DNA of 64,000 bases from Ancylonema sp. (taxonomy: Eukaryota). The stretch lies in NCBI GenBank assembly GCA_050230475.1, contig JBFLGF010000100.1, positions 1-64,000 on the forward strand, given 5' to 3'. This document shows, one piece after another, positions 23,201 to 41,190 of the stretch (position 1 is its first letter; each line of letters opens with the position of its first letter). The position numbers and the translations under genes were made by a program. Below the pieces are notes generated by a model. That model made no database searches. It saw only the letters and a program-made list of their open reading frames with translations, and was not told the DNA's origin.

Positions 23201-26200
23201 ACAGGTAGATCTGGTCCTCCCTCATCTCTGCGCACCCCGTCTCTGTTGGGATGTAGTGGATGATGGCGGCATGGGGACCCACGGACGATATGGTCGGGAA
23301 GCTGAGTCCCACGTAATGCTGAGCCCAGGAGCCCCAGACCACCCCATACCACCTGTCACTCTCACAAAACTTGCACCTATAGCAAACTCGCTCCCTTCTT
23401 ATATGTATCGCGCGTACGCTGCTGGATTGCTGACAAACACTTGCCACTCTTCATTCTCGCTTATTGCTGTTCCGCCCTCCCCCCCCCCCATTCAATTCAT
23501 CCTCCTTGTTGCTCCCCCTCAGGCGTTTTCATGATGCTCTGTGGATGTTTCCTTACTTGACAGGTGGCACGTAGGGATTGGAGCTTGGTGGCTACTCCCA
23601 CTTCCGTTAACCGTTCCTCTCCCTCCCTGTCACCCGGCGGGGGAGGAGGAAAGAACATGTCAATAAACTCCCACCAGTACCCACCAGAACTCCTCAAACC
23701 CACTACCCCCTGTCCTCACCCTGCCTTGCGTTTCCTGGGCCTGTCTGTCGTCTTCCCATTTCTGTTCGCGTTCCCGGGCTCAAAGTAACCATCGGCTCCG
23801 CACTGGTGCTGCATCTGGACCAATCCCATTTGGAAAAATACAAGTCTGATATTGATACTTGATAAACACATAGGGATCTGTAATGAGAGTAGCAGCAATA
23901 AGCTGCACTGAATATATGAACATCCACATGACGACCGATGTCAATTTGGGCACCAATATCAAATGAAGTGAACATATGGAGATCGCGCTCACCTCGTGAG
24001 AAAAAATATTGCCACTTCATTTGAGCTTGATTCCGCCCCCTCTTCGTACCTGCTGATCCAGCCAGGCCCAGAAGGCCACACAAGCTGCCCCGTCCCGGAG
24101 GTGAGCTGATCGCGTGCCTGCCAGCTCAGCTTCGTTCTGAACCCACGGGGGATGTGTAAGACCTCCTTAGTGGCACAACTTGACAAGCCGGAGAGTTTTC
24201 TTTTTCATTTTCTTGTTCTGTATGACAAGTCAGAGATCTTTGCATACATGTTTGCTCGTGTGAATTAAGGGATTTTAGATGCAAATTGGTTGCAGTTTGT
24301 GCGGCAGCCTTGCTGAGCAAGAGAGGTAGGTAACAGGATGGGATGGTGGTCTTGTTTTTGTTGTATCCTCTACTTCATCCCCCTCCCTGATCCCAGAAAG
24401 CGATTGCAGAATGCAGCACTCAAATGATCATTCCCCTCCATGACATTAATAATAAAAACAAAACAAAAACCAAAAAAACAAAAAAAAAAAACAAAAAAAA
24501 CACAAAATACTTGTGTACCATACTCTCCGTCTACAAGCAAATGCTGCCCAACCCCCACCTTGAGCGCTTTCGCCAGAGCCAAGGGCGAGGTGGCCAACAG
24601 AATGCCCTCACTCCCTCCACCGCACGCCTCCAACAGCTCCGAGTAAATGGCATATGAACACGTGGCAGGGTCCACCCAAAACCGTGCCCCACCTCCCCCA
24701 ACCGTCCCCCCTTGGGGTTGGGGGGCGGGAGGGGAGGCGGAGCCCGGATTGGCTGCCTGGGCTGCGTCTTTGGAGATGGCAGAGTACTCCCGAATCTGGA
24801 TGTTGTTGGTGGTGAGGTGCGCTTCCACCTGCGGTTGGGGGAGGGGGGTGGGTGGGGTGATGTGTGAGCATGGGGCGGTATGATGTCGCTACCCTTGCAG
24901 AGTGCTGTTGAGGGATGACGTGTTTTCAATATGTTTGAGTGAAATCGGTTCTGGAGAGCGGAAAACGGATTATGTGCAAGCTCAGTTGAGAGAGACGTTG
25001 GTAAATGGTTGGTTTTATTGTACTGTGAAGAACAGGCAGAAGGCAGAAGGCTGAAGGAAGAAGGAAAAAGTGTGGACCTGTTTTATCCACGGCCATCAGT
25101 TGCTAGGAGAGGCACAATCGTCTCTGAGACCAAACCACCACGCCTGCCCAATATCTCTTCCAGACGGTCCCCTCCCTTCCCTTCCCTGAACTGACACTCC
25201 TTGATATACATCAATGGAGGTACCCAGAGCCAACCAGAAGCCTGCTCTCCACCAGCAGATCCACACATTCATGCGGAAAGAACACACTCTTCACAAATGA
25301 CACAGATGGTCCACTCGAAAAGAAGTCCAAGGTCAACCGCTGCCTCCCCACTGACTACGTATCTTATACCCAACCGCAACAAAGCACATCCAGCGGCTGA
25401 GATCCCACACTGACCCCCGCGCACCTCTGTGGAAATTTTGGCCTTGTCCACATACAGGTAAGCAGCATTCCCAGTGACAAGCGCATAGGACCTGACGACC
25501 GGGTTGTAGGCCACGTCGCATCCCCGAATATTGAACAGCCACGCGACTTCGTCTAATGCAGCGACCACAATCCCATGCGCTCTGCTGGCCTCCATCTCTT
25601 CCCTTAGGCCCTCAAGCTTGTCTGATACTGATTGCCCGGCAAAGGATAGGTCTTGGATGGCCACGGCGCCTGTGGGGGCTTGGGGGCGATTGGTCCATGT
25701 CCTGTCTACCAGTTTGTATGTGGTGGAGACTAGGCCGATGTCTCGAGGCTCTAGGGCAATATTGAGACGCCTGACGGTGTCGATTGAGACACAGGAGCCG
25801 TCAACCCCCACACGCGAACCAGGAGGGAGGTTCTGCAAAAGCAGATGAATACTTTCTCCAAGTTTTTTTTTGTTGAAGATGAGTTTTTTTTATTTATTTA
25901 TTTATTTTTATGCTGCTGCTTTTCAGTTCCCATTTTCGAATGCGGTAGTTTTTTGGGATTAGAGTGGCACATAGGAACAAGCAGATCGCTTGCAGATCTT
26001 CCCTCACACTTTCAACTCTGACAAGAAGTTTAGCCGCAGCCTCAGAATATGCAAGCGTGCCACCAACTAGAATCTACTTGAAAATCCATCACTTATTGTG
26101 GAAACATTCGCATCTCGGACACAGCTTGCCATGTCTGCATCAATTATAACAGAACTTGTTGACATATTGATCAGGGATCGACCTCCCCATTCCCATACCT

Positions 26201-27149
26201 GTGCAATCCACTCCTCTGCATCCAGGTCTTCCCCGACTCGCATCAGCTTCCATTCGGAGCTCAGCTGCTGCGATGCTTGCAGGAAATAGCGGCCGTCTGT
26301 CCATAGCAGAGCAGAGTCGGTTGTAACGAGAGCCAGACCTGAAACAGAGGGACTGAGTCAGGATTCGATACGTTTCCATTTCAAGCAGCAGCGCTGTGGT
26401 TACCTTCACCACATCTTCTTGGTGAACTGATGATTCACCACCGATGCCACAAGGGTATCTTATCACAGAACTACGTTGTTGAAGAGTCAAAATGATAGAG
26501 AAGAATCGCAGAAGTGTCGTCTAGCTAACATGATAGCCAGATTTTGATTGAGGGGTACTTTGAACAGATGATTCATGCCACTTCACCAACCTGGAAGGAC
26601 AGATAGATAACCACTGTGGTCTACCTACATTATTTCAATATCCATTGAAGGCATTGTTTTAGTGAGACAGCTACACTTGAGCTGGACGAATAAGTCGTGC
26701 TTCAGCGCAGTGACTTTTGCTGAATCAACAACGCAACTACGCTCTTTATAATGGATTGTATGACTTCTCGACTAGAATGCATGACTGCTGGCAGCAGAAT
26801 TTGAACTCATGTTCGGAACTTACCTGCACTGCCGTTGAATCCAGTGACATATTCTCGTCTTCGGTCGCAGTCGGCCACATACTCACTCTGCAACGATAGA
26901 AACGGTCCCCTTAATAATTACAATGATTCCACGCTGTAACCTTTCTTCATCGCTGGCCGGTCGCGGGCTCCGTCAAGCCAGACAGGTTATATGAAAATGT
27001 AAACAAAAAATAAAAATTATTGCACTCTGTGAAACGCTTGCCAGGTGCGCATCTTCGGATGGCACAAAAAATGCGTGCAGAGCACCGCCTTCGTACTCAG
27101 ACATAAACTGTCGCAGCTGCACCAGCGGATTTTTTGCATTGCTTCCCAT
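20237..27149 (-). CDS. APP1: Xaa-Pro aminopeptidase P (M24B), 15 exons
   Basis: Spliced product: MGSNAKNPL…[14 protein letters not shown]…FNGSAG|LALVT…[10 protein letters not shown]…[13 protein letters not shown]…[14 protein letters not shown]…[10 protein letters not shown]…[16 protein letters not shown]…[16 protein letters not shown]…[16 protein letters not shown]…|[10 protein letters not shown]…[11 protein letters not shown]. The metal-ligand motifs are intact. An upstream N-terminal extension cannot be excluded. Confidence 0.93.
20738..20815 (+). repeat. 6-7-bp tandem repeat (TTTCAGG/TTCAGG/TTGCAGG)n in the last APP intron
   Basis: CCAGGTTTCAGGTTTCAGGTTTCAGGTTCAGGTTTCAGGTTGCAGGTTGCAGGTTGCAGGTTGCA, read directly. 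Confidence 0.85.
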
Positions 27150-27922
27150 TTTTATGCTTCTGATATTCTACAATAAAACTCCTAGAATTTCGAGGTGTAT
27201 TTCTGTTAGCGAAAACTGGGACCCTTCTATCCGCCCATGTGCAAGTTGCAACACGGCAGTCTCTGAAAAAAAAAAAAAAGGTCGCCCGGAATGTCAGCAG
27301 ATATGGTTATCAAATGCTGGTCAAGAGGAATGGGAAGGTGGTCGAGTCGACATGGCGGTGAGCGGAAGGTGGTGCGCAATGTTTGCAGTCCCAGCGAACT
27401 GAGGAAGTAGAATGGAGGGAAGTGTCCTCCACGCTGTCGCTGGGGCGTGCGGGAGTACAGGAATTCGTCCCAACTTCAGGATGCCGTGGCAAGCCTGGAC
27501 TTAATTTGTTGAACCCCTGCAAAATACGGGGCCTGATCATGGGGGAACGAAAAATGAGAAGTGGGGCACCTGGATAAAATGTGTTGTTGAGTTTTGACCC
27601 ACTATCTGGCACTCCGTGTGGATTGGACGGTAGAGATTCAAAACCGACCTCGATTGGACTTCATGTCAAGTGCGTTCAAATCCCGGGATACTCCCCCGGT
27701 ATAACTTCTGTGCTCGGGCATTGCGCCCGCTAAATACGACACGAAGAATGGCAGTACTGTGGACGATCTCTTCGCAATTTCAGTGAGTGACTGCCAACGC
27801 CGGGGCAGAGAGGTAGAAGGAACAAAAAGCAGCCGTTGATGAGCTGGGACGAAATTTCTGACCTGCAAATTTGAGATTTTGCGAGAACGAGCAGTGAAGC
27901 AGCTCAAGTAGAAGTAGTAATA

Positions 27923-29251
27923 ATGTCTGAGCCGCTTAACAAGAAGCGGGTAAGTGATCGGCAGCTCATCAAAGGCGAGGAAGACGACGAGGACGAAAAT
28001 CCAGATGCTGGACTAGATGCTGGAGGATTTGCCAGAGCTTCTGATGAAGTTTTGGCGACTCGACGCATAGTAAGGGTTCGAAGAACTGCAGGCAAGGACG
28101 GAAGTGGAGTACAGAAGCCGGCCGGTCCGTTCTCTTTCGCTGCTCTTTCTCAGCCACCGCAGGAGGTCAAACCTGCTGGAGAAGAACGGCCAGCGGAAGC
28201 CAAAGTTTTGGAAACTCCGGAGGAGGAAACAGAAGAGGTCACCTCTGCTCCAGCACAAGGTGTCATAGAACCTTCCGAAGATGGTGGAGAGGGTGTGGCT
28301 CCGGCTGGGGATGTGAATCTTGGGGAACCAGGGGTTGGCGGAAATGAAGGAATAACGGAGAGAAATGGAAGTGCAGGGAATGATGCTGCTACGGAGGCCT
28401 CGTTGGGAGACCTGCCTGTCGTAGGCCAGGATGAAGATACTGCGGAACAGAAGTTCGAAACTTCGAAAGACGAGGTGGGAGCTGAGAAAGGGTCTTTGGA
28501 AGGAGCGGGGGGGTCTGAGGCGGAGGAAGCCAAACCTAGCTCATTCGCGCAGTTGTCGTCAGGGGCAAATGCTTTTGCAGGCTCGTGTGGCAGCGGATTT
28601 GGCAGTTCCAGCTTCTCCTTCAATTCTGCCCCCGGCTCTGGGCCCGCGATCGGAGGGTTCAGCTTTGGTGCTCTGAATCCAGGTTCAGCTCCCAGTTTTA
28701 GCTTTGCTTCAAGTTCCAGCAACCTTCCTTCTCTGTCGTCAGTCTTTGGCGGCGGCGGCGAAGCGCCATTTCTTTTCGGAACGGGCTCTGCCCCCTCAGC
28801 CTCCACTGCAGCCTCCACCCTGGCGCCCACTGCGGTCACTCCCCTCCCAGAAACAACAGTAGCTACAGGGGAAGAGGACGAGAGAGCTGCGTTTGCCGCT
28901 GACGCAAGTCTGTTCGAGTTTGTGGAAGGAGGGAAGTGGAAGGAAAGAGGGAAGGGAGAGATTCGTGTGAACGTGCCTGAAGAACAGGGTAGACCTGCTC
29001 GGCTTGTGATGCGGGCTCGTGGGAACTTCCGGCTCCTGCTCAACGCCAACCTTTTTCCAGACATCAAACTCCAGCGAATGGATGGGCGCGGCGTCTCCTT
29101 CGCCTGTGCCAACAGCATCGGTACGGACCCACCGCCGGTCGCCACATTTGCTGTGAGGGTGAAGGAAGAATCCGTTGCTTCCACCTTTGTGGCTGCCGTG
29201 GAAGAACACAAGTCGAGAGGTGTGACGGAGGGTGGTTCTGAAGCTGTCTGA
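27923..29251 (+). CDS. NUP50: Nucleoporin NUP50-like (N-terminal NUP50 motif, FG-rich region, RanBP1 domain), single exon, 442 aa
   Basis: KKRVSDRQL…FARASDEVLATRRIVRVRR; FSF/FG repeats; ATGEEDERAAF…WKERGKGEIRVN…RLVMRARGNFRLLLNA. Confidence 0.92.
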   Translation: MSEPLNKKRVSDRQLIKGEEDDEDENPDAGLDAGGFARASDEVLATRRIVRVRRTAGKDGSGVQKPAGPFSFAALSQPPQEVKPAGEERPAEAKVLETPEEETEEVTSAPAQGVIEPSEDGGEGVAPAGDVNLGEPGVGGNEGITERNGSAGNDAATEASLGDLPVVGQDEDTAEQKFETSKDEVGAEKGSLEGAGGSEAEEAKPSSFAQLSSGANAFAGSCGSGFGSSSFSFNSAPGSGPAIGGFSFGALNPGSAPSFSFASSSSNLPSLSSVFGGGGEAPFLFGTGSAPSASTAASTLAPTAVTPLPETTVATGEEDERAAFAADASLFEFVEGGKWKERGKGEIRVNVPEEQGRPARLVMRARGNFRLLLNANLFPDIKLQRMDGRGVSFACANSIGTDPPPVATFAVRVKEESVASTFVAAVEEHKSRGVTEGGSEAV

Positions 29252-30241
29252 CAAGGGTGCGGTTAGGAGTGCTCGAAGTTATTTGCAATATGATACCATG
29301 CAAAATACGTGTAGGGCACCAAGGGGTGGGGGTGGGCGGAAATGTGTTGACATTGTAACGTTGGGATGAAGGGAGGCTTCCATGTAGGTTTGTGAGGATA
29401 TTGTTTTCCAAAGCAATTCCTCTTTTTTTTTGTTTGGTGGAGTAGAAAATTCCCAATGTGTAACTGCAAGATGTCACGCGAGCACATCAACGGATTGCCT
29501 CTTCTTGTGTACATGCACAATGAGATCCCTAGTCGACGTAGGGTTTTTGGGACAGCGGGTTTGATGTTCTTGTTGCGGTGAAGAGGTTAAAATGTTCACA
29601 ATCTTTGTTAGACCACGATAGAGTTACGAAAGTAGGAAGAGTTACGTATGAATGTCTTGTATGCTCATTTTTTGCATCGTCATTGATGTCCTAGGTTTCG
29701 CAAATGTTTCCATGCATAATAAGCATGTCTCAATGTATCACTTGCATTTTTCACGTTTTTCGAATAAGACTCACACATGGAAGAGACATTGCGAAGTCCG
29801 AAATAGAAAACAAGACGCACTTGGATATCTTCGAGTGTCAAAGAAGTTGGCACTTCTTTTTTGGATCACAAGAGTCAAAGCTTGGGGGTGCCACCTATTT
29901 CCATTTGTGTTTCGCCACACTAGTGTGTTTCGCCATCACTACACACATCCTCCAATGGGGGTGTAGGAAGGAGCTACATTTATTGACACAATTGTAAGCA
30001 CTAGAACAAACACGTACTCGTCTCCTCAAAATTTCGGCTTGCAAATTCGCATTGACACTAGCCTCCAGCATTGCATTGCATTGCAATGCGATTCACTTAC
30101 TAAGCAAAACTCATTTATTATGAGCAATCCGCATGACAAGCAGAACTATACCATCAACATGTATGAACGCTCGACTCTCTTTGATGTGTCACATACAAAA
30201 CACACACTTTTCCAAGTTTATTTTTCAACATAAACGAATCA

Positions 30242-35309
<5,068 letters not shown>

Positions 35310-36579
35310 AATGTTCAGAGAAGAAAAACATCAACAGATTGGGTACGTTCACGTCGTTGCATGCTCTGCGCTGAAAGCGTTCGTGAGCTCCACTATCTTA
35401 TTGACCATAATCGACTATTTGTGACAATATCACTTCATTACCTTTTCATTACCTATTCCTCAATACATTGCCACACGGGGAAGAATATACTAGTTGCCCG
35501 TGCTTGTTTTGGAGATGATTCCGAATATTTTGAAGAAAATAAGTCACTACGTGATTATATATAGACGCATCCAATCATGATGGTCCACCAGAAGAACCGA
35601 CAGAACCTTTCATTTGTACAAATACGCAACCTCGCCGTACGTATATTTTTGTCTACGCCACTTGATTCATTTTACGTTCATAGATTTATTAAGAGCACTC
35701 TTTAGATGAGACATGAATATACTTTCTTACTGGAAGGACACGGCCCCCTGTGCCATCAGCGAAAGACGTGGTTGGAGAAAAGGGCAATCGAGGCATACGC
35801 CAAACCTGGCGCCCACCTCTCCACAGCGCAGACTTCAGCATAGTTTACTTATAGTCTACTTTTATTGTCCGTCTTGCTCAATGTTGGGACGCAGACAGAT
35901 GTGATATACAGTCCCCTGCCTTAGGTATTAAACAATTGCATGATTTACATTTGCTGGACTGCAGCTTGTGACCCAGATACACACCTGCGCTGGTGGGGCT
36001 CGAGGATTTGGGAGCTTGAAGCTGAAGTCATGGCGCATAAGCCTCGGGAGCTTCTGCAGCTGGCGCGTATCGATGACGCAAAAATAAATTTGTGGCCGAT
36101 TCAGGGTATCAGAACGAGAGTGCGATGTCAACGGCCGATAGGTTTATGAGGGCAAGAACGGACGGCTCAGATCGTAAAAGTGTTTGTACTCTGTCGCAGT
36201 TGATTGGTCTTATATTTAACACCATGAATTTTCAACTACGATTTTTAGTTTTCGCACGATGTCAGCAATCCTGGCCGCGTCAGCATCGCCTTCAAAAAGC
36301 TCACGGGTGGCTGGGTCGCCTACTTCTGTCAACATCTGCCTTAGTCGCTTCTGTCAGATGGCTGACAACATAGCCATGAATTCTACAATTTTCATTTTTG
36401 GTGCCTGCCTCCAAAGCTCTTAGGGATGGCGAATATCGTCAGGTAGCATGAGAATTGACGCTGAGAATTGAGTTCCGGCGATGAGGCCCAGCGTGATGTT
36501 TAAATTCCCATCTGTCGTCCGCTCGTAATTTGTTCAGCACCGACGTATAGTAGATACTTGACTGAGTAAGTCCGCCACG

Positions 36580-38028
36580 ATGAAACAAGTGGAGAGGAGG
36601 GCTTGGAGGCTCTTTCTTGTTTCTGCAACCGCCGTTGCAGGCAGCTGTCTAGCGTACAAGCTCTACAATTCAAAGTACGTAGTGGAAAAGAGATGTAAGT
36701 TAGAAAAGTTTTTACAGTCTTTGAGCGCGTTAAGTGATGCGCTATCCAGTACTAGTGACATTTCTGCAACAATTTGCCGAGACCTCCAGCAGTATCTGCA
36801 CTCGAGTAGTACCGAAGTGCCCCGGAGCGTTCGCCAACTTCTAAAGCTATCCCGCTGCGCCGAGTTTCAAGGGGCAGTATCACAGTTCTCTGAGGGAGTC
36901 ATGAGCGGGGTTGTAAGAGCCATTTCTGGCGCTGGGCTAGACCTACAGGTTCCTGTACCTGCTGAGAGAGGAGGTGAAGTGGTCTCAAACTTGGAGAACA
37001 GACTGGGCGCAGCGAGTGAAGTCCGGCAAGATGCCCCAGGAAATGGCGGTGGAATTCCTGAGCGCATTCTGGACAAGCTGTTTTCCGACGCGGGGCGGGG
37101 CTTTGTTTCGGTAGTTGTTGGTAAAGCAGTGAGAAGTTTGGTACATAGTTACTTTGATTGCGCAAACGAAATGGCTCGCCGCTCACCCAGGGAGGCAGAG
37201 AATCCTCAGGAGGAGCCTCAACAGGCAGGGGTATCCAATTCGAGGCGAGGCTGGGATCAGATTCTTCTGGAGTTGGCAGGCACACCCAGAGGAAAGGCGC
37301 TTGTGACACTCATTGTTAGCTCATTTGCTAGCAATGTGGTCAGTACTTTCTTGGAATCCACAGATGGAGTGAATGTGTGCGAGGAGCTGGTTGCTAGCAT
37401 GACCAAAGCTCCCTACAAGGAGCCTGTGACGGACCTTCTCAGGAATGTTGCAAGTGGAGCAGTCGACTCGTTAGTTAGAACATCACACGAAGTTTTTAGC
37501 ACAGATCGAGCAGGGCCGTCAGCTAGGGCCAGAGACTCGGAGCAAGATGAGGCAGACTCAAGCATACAGCCCCGGAATCTTTTCCCTTCTGGGAATGATG
37601 GCGATCCAGATTATCGGCCAGATGACAGGCCTGCTGCAGACTCGGTAGGGGACTTTCCACAAGATAGACTAGAGGGTCTGCTACCGCCATCTCCATCTGC
37701 CAGGAGGCGTCATCAAGGGCTGCTCACGAATGGGCGGTCTGATGCTTTGCTGGCAACAGACTGGCAGTCTGAGGTTCAGAAGCTTCTAGCAGCTCCCGAG
37801 ACACGGCAGCTGGTGGTGGATGTTGCTGGCACGATGTCGGCTCAGGGAATTCGAACATGTGGCAGCCTTTTGATGGAGACATTCACGCAACAGAATGGGG
37901 CTGTCGGAGGTGCAAGGCACAGCACTTTTTCCCTAAGGGGTGTCGCTTCAAAGGCCATGACGGCTTCCTCAGTTTGCCTAGCATTGTGCATGCACATGAT
38001 GATCGGTACTCGAATTGGAAATTTGTGA
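36580..38028 (+). CDS. PHLOEM PROTEIN 2-LIKE A10-type protein, single exon, 482 aa
   Basis: Hydrophobic N-terminal segment followed by AYKLYN…SATICRDLQQYLHSSSTEVPRSVRQLLKL, ILDKLFSDAGRGFVSVVVG, LVVDVAGTMS and a C-terminal VCLALCMH, which I recognise as that plant family. Confidence 0.75.
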   Translation: MKQVERRAWRLFLVSATAVAGSCLAYKLYNSKYVVEKRCKLEKFLQSLSALSDALSSTSDISATICRDLQQYLHSSSTEVPRSVRQLLKLSRCAEFQGAVSQFSEGVMSGVVRAISGAGLDLQVPVPAERGGEVVSNLENRLGAASEVRQDAPGNGGGIPERILDKLFSDAGRGFVSVVVGKAVRSLVHSYFDCANEMARRSPREAENPQEEPQQAGVSNSRRGWDQILLELAGTPRGKALVTLIVSSFASNVVSTFLESTDGVNVCEELVASMTKAPYKEPVTDLLRNVASGAVDSLVRTSHEVFSTDRAGPSARARDSEQDEADSSIQPRNLFPSGNDGDPDYRPDDRPAADSVGDFPQDRLEGLLPPSPSARRRHQGLLTNGRSDALLATDWQSEVQKLLAAPETRQLVVDVAGTMSAQGIRTCGSLLMETFTQQNGAVGGARHSTFSLRGVASKAMTASSVCLALCMHMMIGTRIGNL

Positions 38029-38964
38029 ATAAGTGATCGTGCTTGTTGTCTTCGAAGCAGCGAATAATTGTTGTAGGTTCTCGTTTATGTTCTTCTTTGG
38101 TGCGTATTGAGTCCCATTGCATTTCAGTAGTGGATACAAAGTTGGCAGTTCATAGTAAATAAATCGAAGTTTGGTGATGTGTGAATGCAGCTGACAGATT
38201 TGGTGAAACATAAATATATAATGAGATAGGTAAAGAGTCTACACTTCGTAAACGAGACTCACAATGTCTAAAATAAAAACAAACCAGCACCAAGTGGTTG
38301 TAGAACCGCAGTCAAATAAAGACCGGAGCCGGGATGAGGACGGGCCATGGCACATGAGACATTTCTTGCCCGGCATTTTTTTAGGGAAGTGTCAACCTGG
38401 TGAGCCTATGCACCAAGCGTGGCACGCATATACATAACAAACATCTCCAAATAAACGATAAAAGGTCGTCTTTTTTTTTGGTCTTCGAACTTTGAAGTTG
38501 ACCGAATTAAGAGATGGTCTTCCGCAAGCATCGATTAGAGTACGAAGAAAGTAGGCGAGAGTGATTTGGCGAGAGTGGATTACTCATGTCCTAGTTTGTA
38601 AAACTTAGACACATCAAAATCCGAATTGTGACACAACAAATTGTAGGTGATAAAACTTTAACATCGGTTTGATACGCACGTGTCATAGTTTTTGGGTTGA
38701 CAATATGCATGACATTTTGTATCCGAGATGCGTAAACCCAAAGTCCGGCCACATTTAAGGTTTTATCTTGGAATTGTAATACACTTCTAACTTAGTCTTT
38801 GGGATGTGTCTTAGGAACCACCTTCTTCGTAGCAAGCCCCTTTTGGCAAGATGTGGATAACGATGTTGAAGATGAAATTTGTATTGTCGTTTTTTTATGA
38901 TATTGTTTGTACTCTGATGCAATCTCAAAAATGAACACTTGTTATGAAAAATACTCATTTGTCT

Positions 38965-39883
38965 CATGCCAGCCGGGGTTAATTTGTCGGAATCTAATCT
39001 TTAGTTTTCCGATGGGCCGAAAATCCGGGTCATAATAATTTATTCACAATGGGGCTTGATAATGGTTTATTCTCGGTTGGTGGGGGGGTGGGCAAATTGT
39101 TGGGGCTACGGTTTATTATTTCCATCCCGGGTTAGTGGGTCAGTAAACCCGGCCGGCCCACTTATCTACTCACATGTGTCCTATGGAGAAAATGACGAGG
39201 AGTTGAATAAGATTATGGAGACGAGCTTCACACGTTCGGAATTTGTGGAAACGGGTGGAATGAAATCGTCACCACACAAAAAAGAACAGTGTCATTTGTC
39301 ATTGGCCATTTGTCAACGTTGTCATTCTGTTTTTCCGTTTTCGTGATGTTTTGAGATGACATATTTGTTTTGCCATTTCTACATAAAGCAATAAATACAC
39401 CGACGAGGAGCCAAAGATGATAATGTCCTTGTCTTGAGGGCACATTGAGTACGAGTCATCTTGTAACGAAATTGCATACCGTACTGTTGACACATATTGA
39501 CCCACAGTTATGACCCACTGAAGAAGAAAACAAAAAAACAAAAAAACAAACAAACACTCGGTGGTGACCCACTGACTTGACTCAAGGAACCGGTTACTGT
39601 AATATCTTGCGACCCAAATGACCCGGTTTTCTTTACGGTGACCCAAAACCCATATTGATCCTCGCCAAAATCACGCGTACCATACCGCGCACAACACTAC
39701 CGCACCAATACCGTACTGTAAATGCCTTCCATTTGAGCATTTACCGTGCCAAGGTGGCACAAAACGAAACATCGTACTTGGATCAATCATTAGCTTGCAT
39801 ATAATCGGACGTTTGGGACTAGAGAAGTGCATCCGACTCGTCGAAGAAGAAGTTGCCCAGAATTTGTAGACATTTCAAACCCC

Positions 39884-39935
<52 letters not shown>

Positions 39936-41190
39936 CCCTACTCGCCCTTTGCTGAATCGATTTCGGGTCATTATGTTTGAACAAGTACGTTGGATGTGCC
40001 CGCTCGCGAGCGGAACATTTTCCGTCCGTCTGCCCCCGCGGGCACCGTTCAACCGTTAGAAGGCGGGCTAGATTTTTACGTTTTCAAATAACCCGATAAA
40101 AAAACATATTACTTCTTAACGGTCCATGCTTTTTTTTTTTTTTTTTTTTGAAAGGGGCATTGTAAAATAGAGCACGTAGTTGATGTGAGCACTTGGATGT
40201 TTGTTTCATTATTGTTGAGTGTAAAGAAATAAAAACATCAGATCCCTAATACTCGCCCCCCGTGCGAGGCTTTATCGCCCATTGCCCGCCCGCGAGCGAA
40301 GCTGCTTGTTGGTCGTGTGGCCACACGAGTGGCGGGGCGGATATTTGTACACCCATGTATTTATACACCTATGGTCACTATTTCGGCTCGATATCGTGAC
40401 CCGGCGAACCGGCACCGAACCGAGCACGGATCACTTCTAATGCTCGAAATCTTCTAGGAATTGTTGATAGTTTTGTAGGGTTTTGCCCAATAACCCAAGA
40501 TACATGTATTTTTCACGTCACTTGTTATTTGTGCGGAGACATCATGCTCGACTATATTTCCAATCTAAACTATCGCCATTTACAATCAAACGAAAGTCCG
40601 ATACTGAGAGGAAGAAATAAAAATACGAGGTTCTCAGGTCGAAAGGCCGGATGTAAAATATTCAAGACACTTCACCTTTATTTTCATTCATTTTCACTTT
40701 CAGTTCTAACATTTCGCTAGACTCTATTTGGATGATATATTTGTCGACATCACAAACGGTCCGCGATTCCATTTTTTTTGTTGGGGGGTTCCGTGCAACT
40801 ATGTGGTCGAGGGATATACACCTGGACGAATCATGTCACTTCTTTCCGCGTCAAGACTCAACTTTCGTTTTTGAACTTCGTACACGTGGAAGGTCGACTA
40901 CCGTGCAGGCCAGGTTAAATGCCCCACCCTACCCGGGATAAAAATAATAAGCCATAGACCCAGCAATCCGCCCACCCCCCCAACGCCCGGGACTTCACGA
41001 TTTTCAAGCCCTAGAATACTAGGAACTAAATGAAAAAACCAGGGAATTACCGGGAATTTGCTCAAAGAACCGGGAATTGAGGGGACTTAAGGCCCCAGGA
41101 GCGACCCAGTAATGTATAGTTATGACCCGGATTTTAGACCCAACGGAAAACTCGTAATCAATTTCCGGGTCATCAGACCTGGCCGGCATG
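38965..41190. mobile_element. 2.2-kb non-autonomous TIR element (hAT-like), probably with nested insertions
   Basis: Ungapped 71-bp imperfect inverted repeats (52/71; inner 33 bp 30/33) starting CATGCC(A/G)GCC. Many internal TGACCC motifs. Flanks ATTTGTCT and GTATGTTT match 5/8. No ORF. Confidence 0.65.

Noticed and set aside
28150..29211. 353-aa antisense ORF
   Set aside because: Shadow of NUP50 on the opposite strand with no independent motifs.
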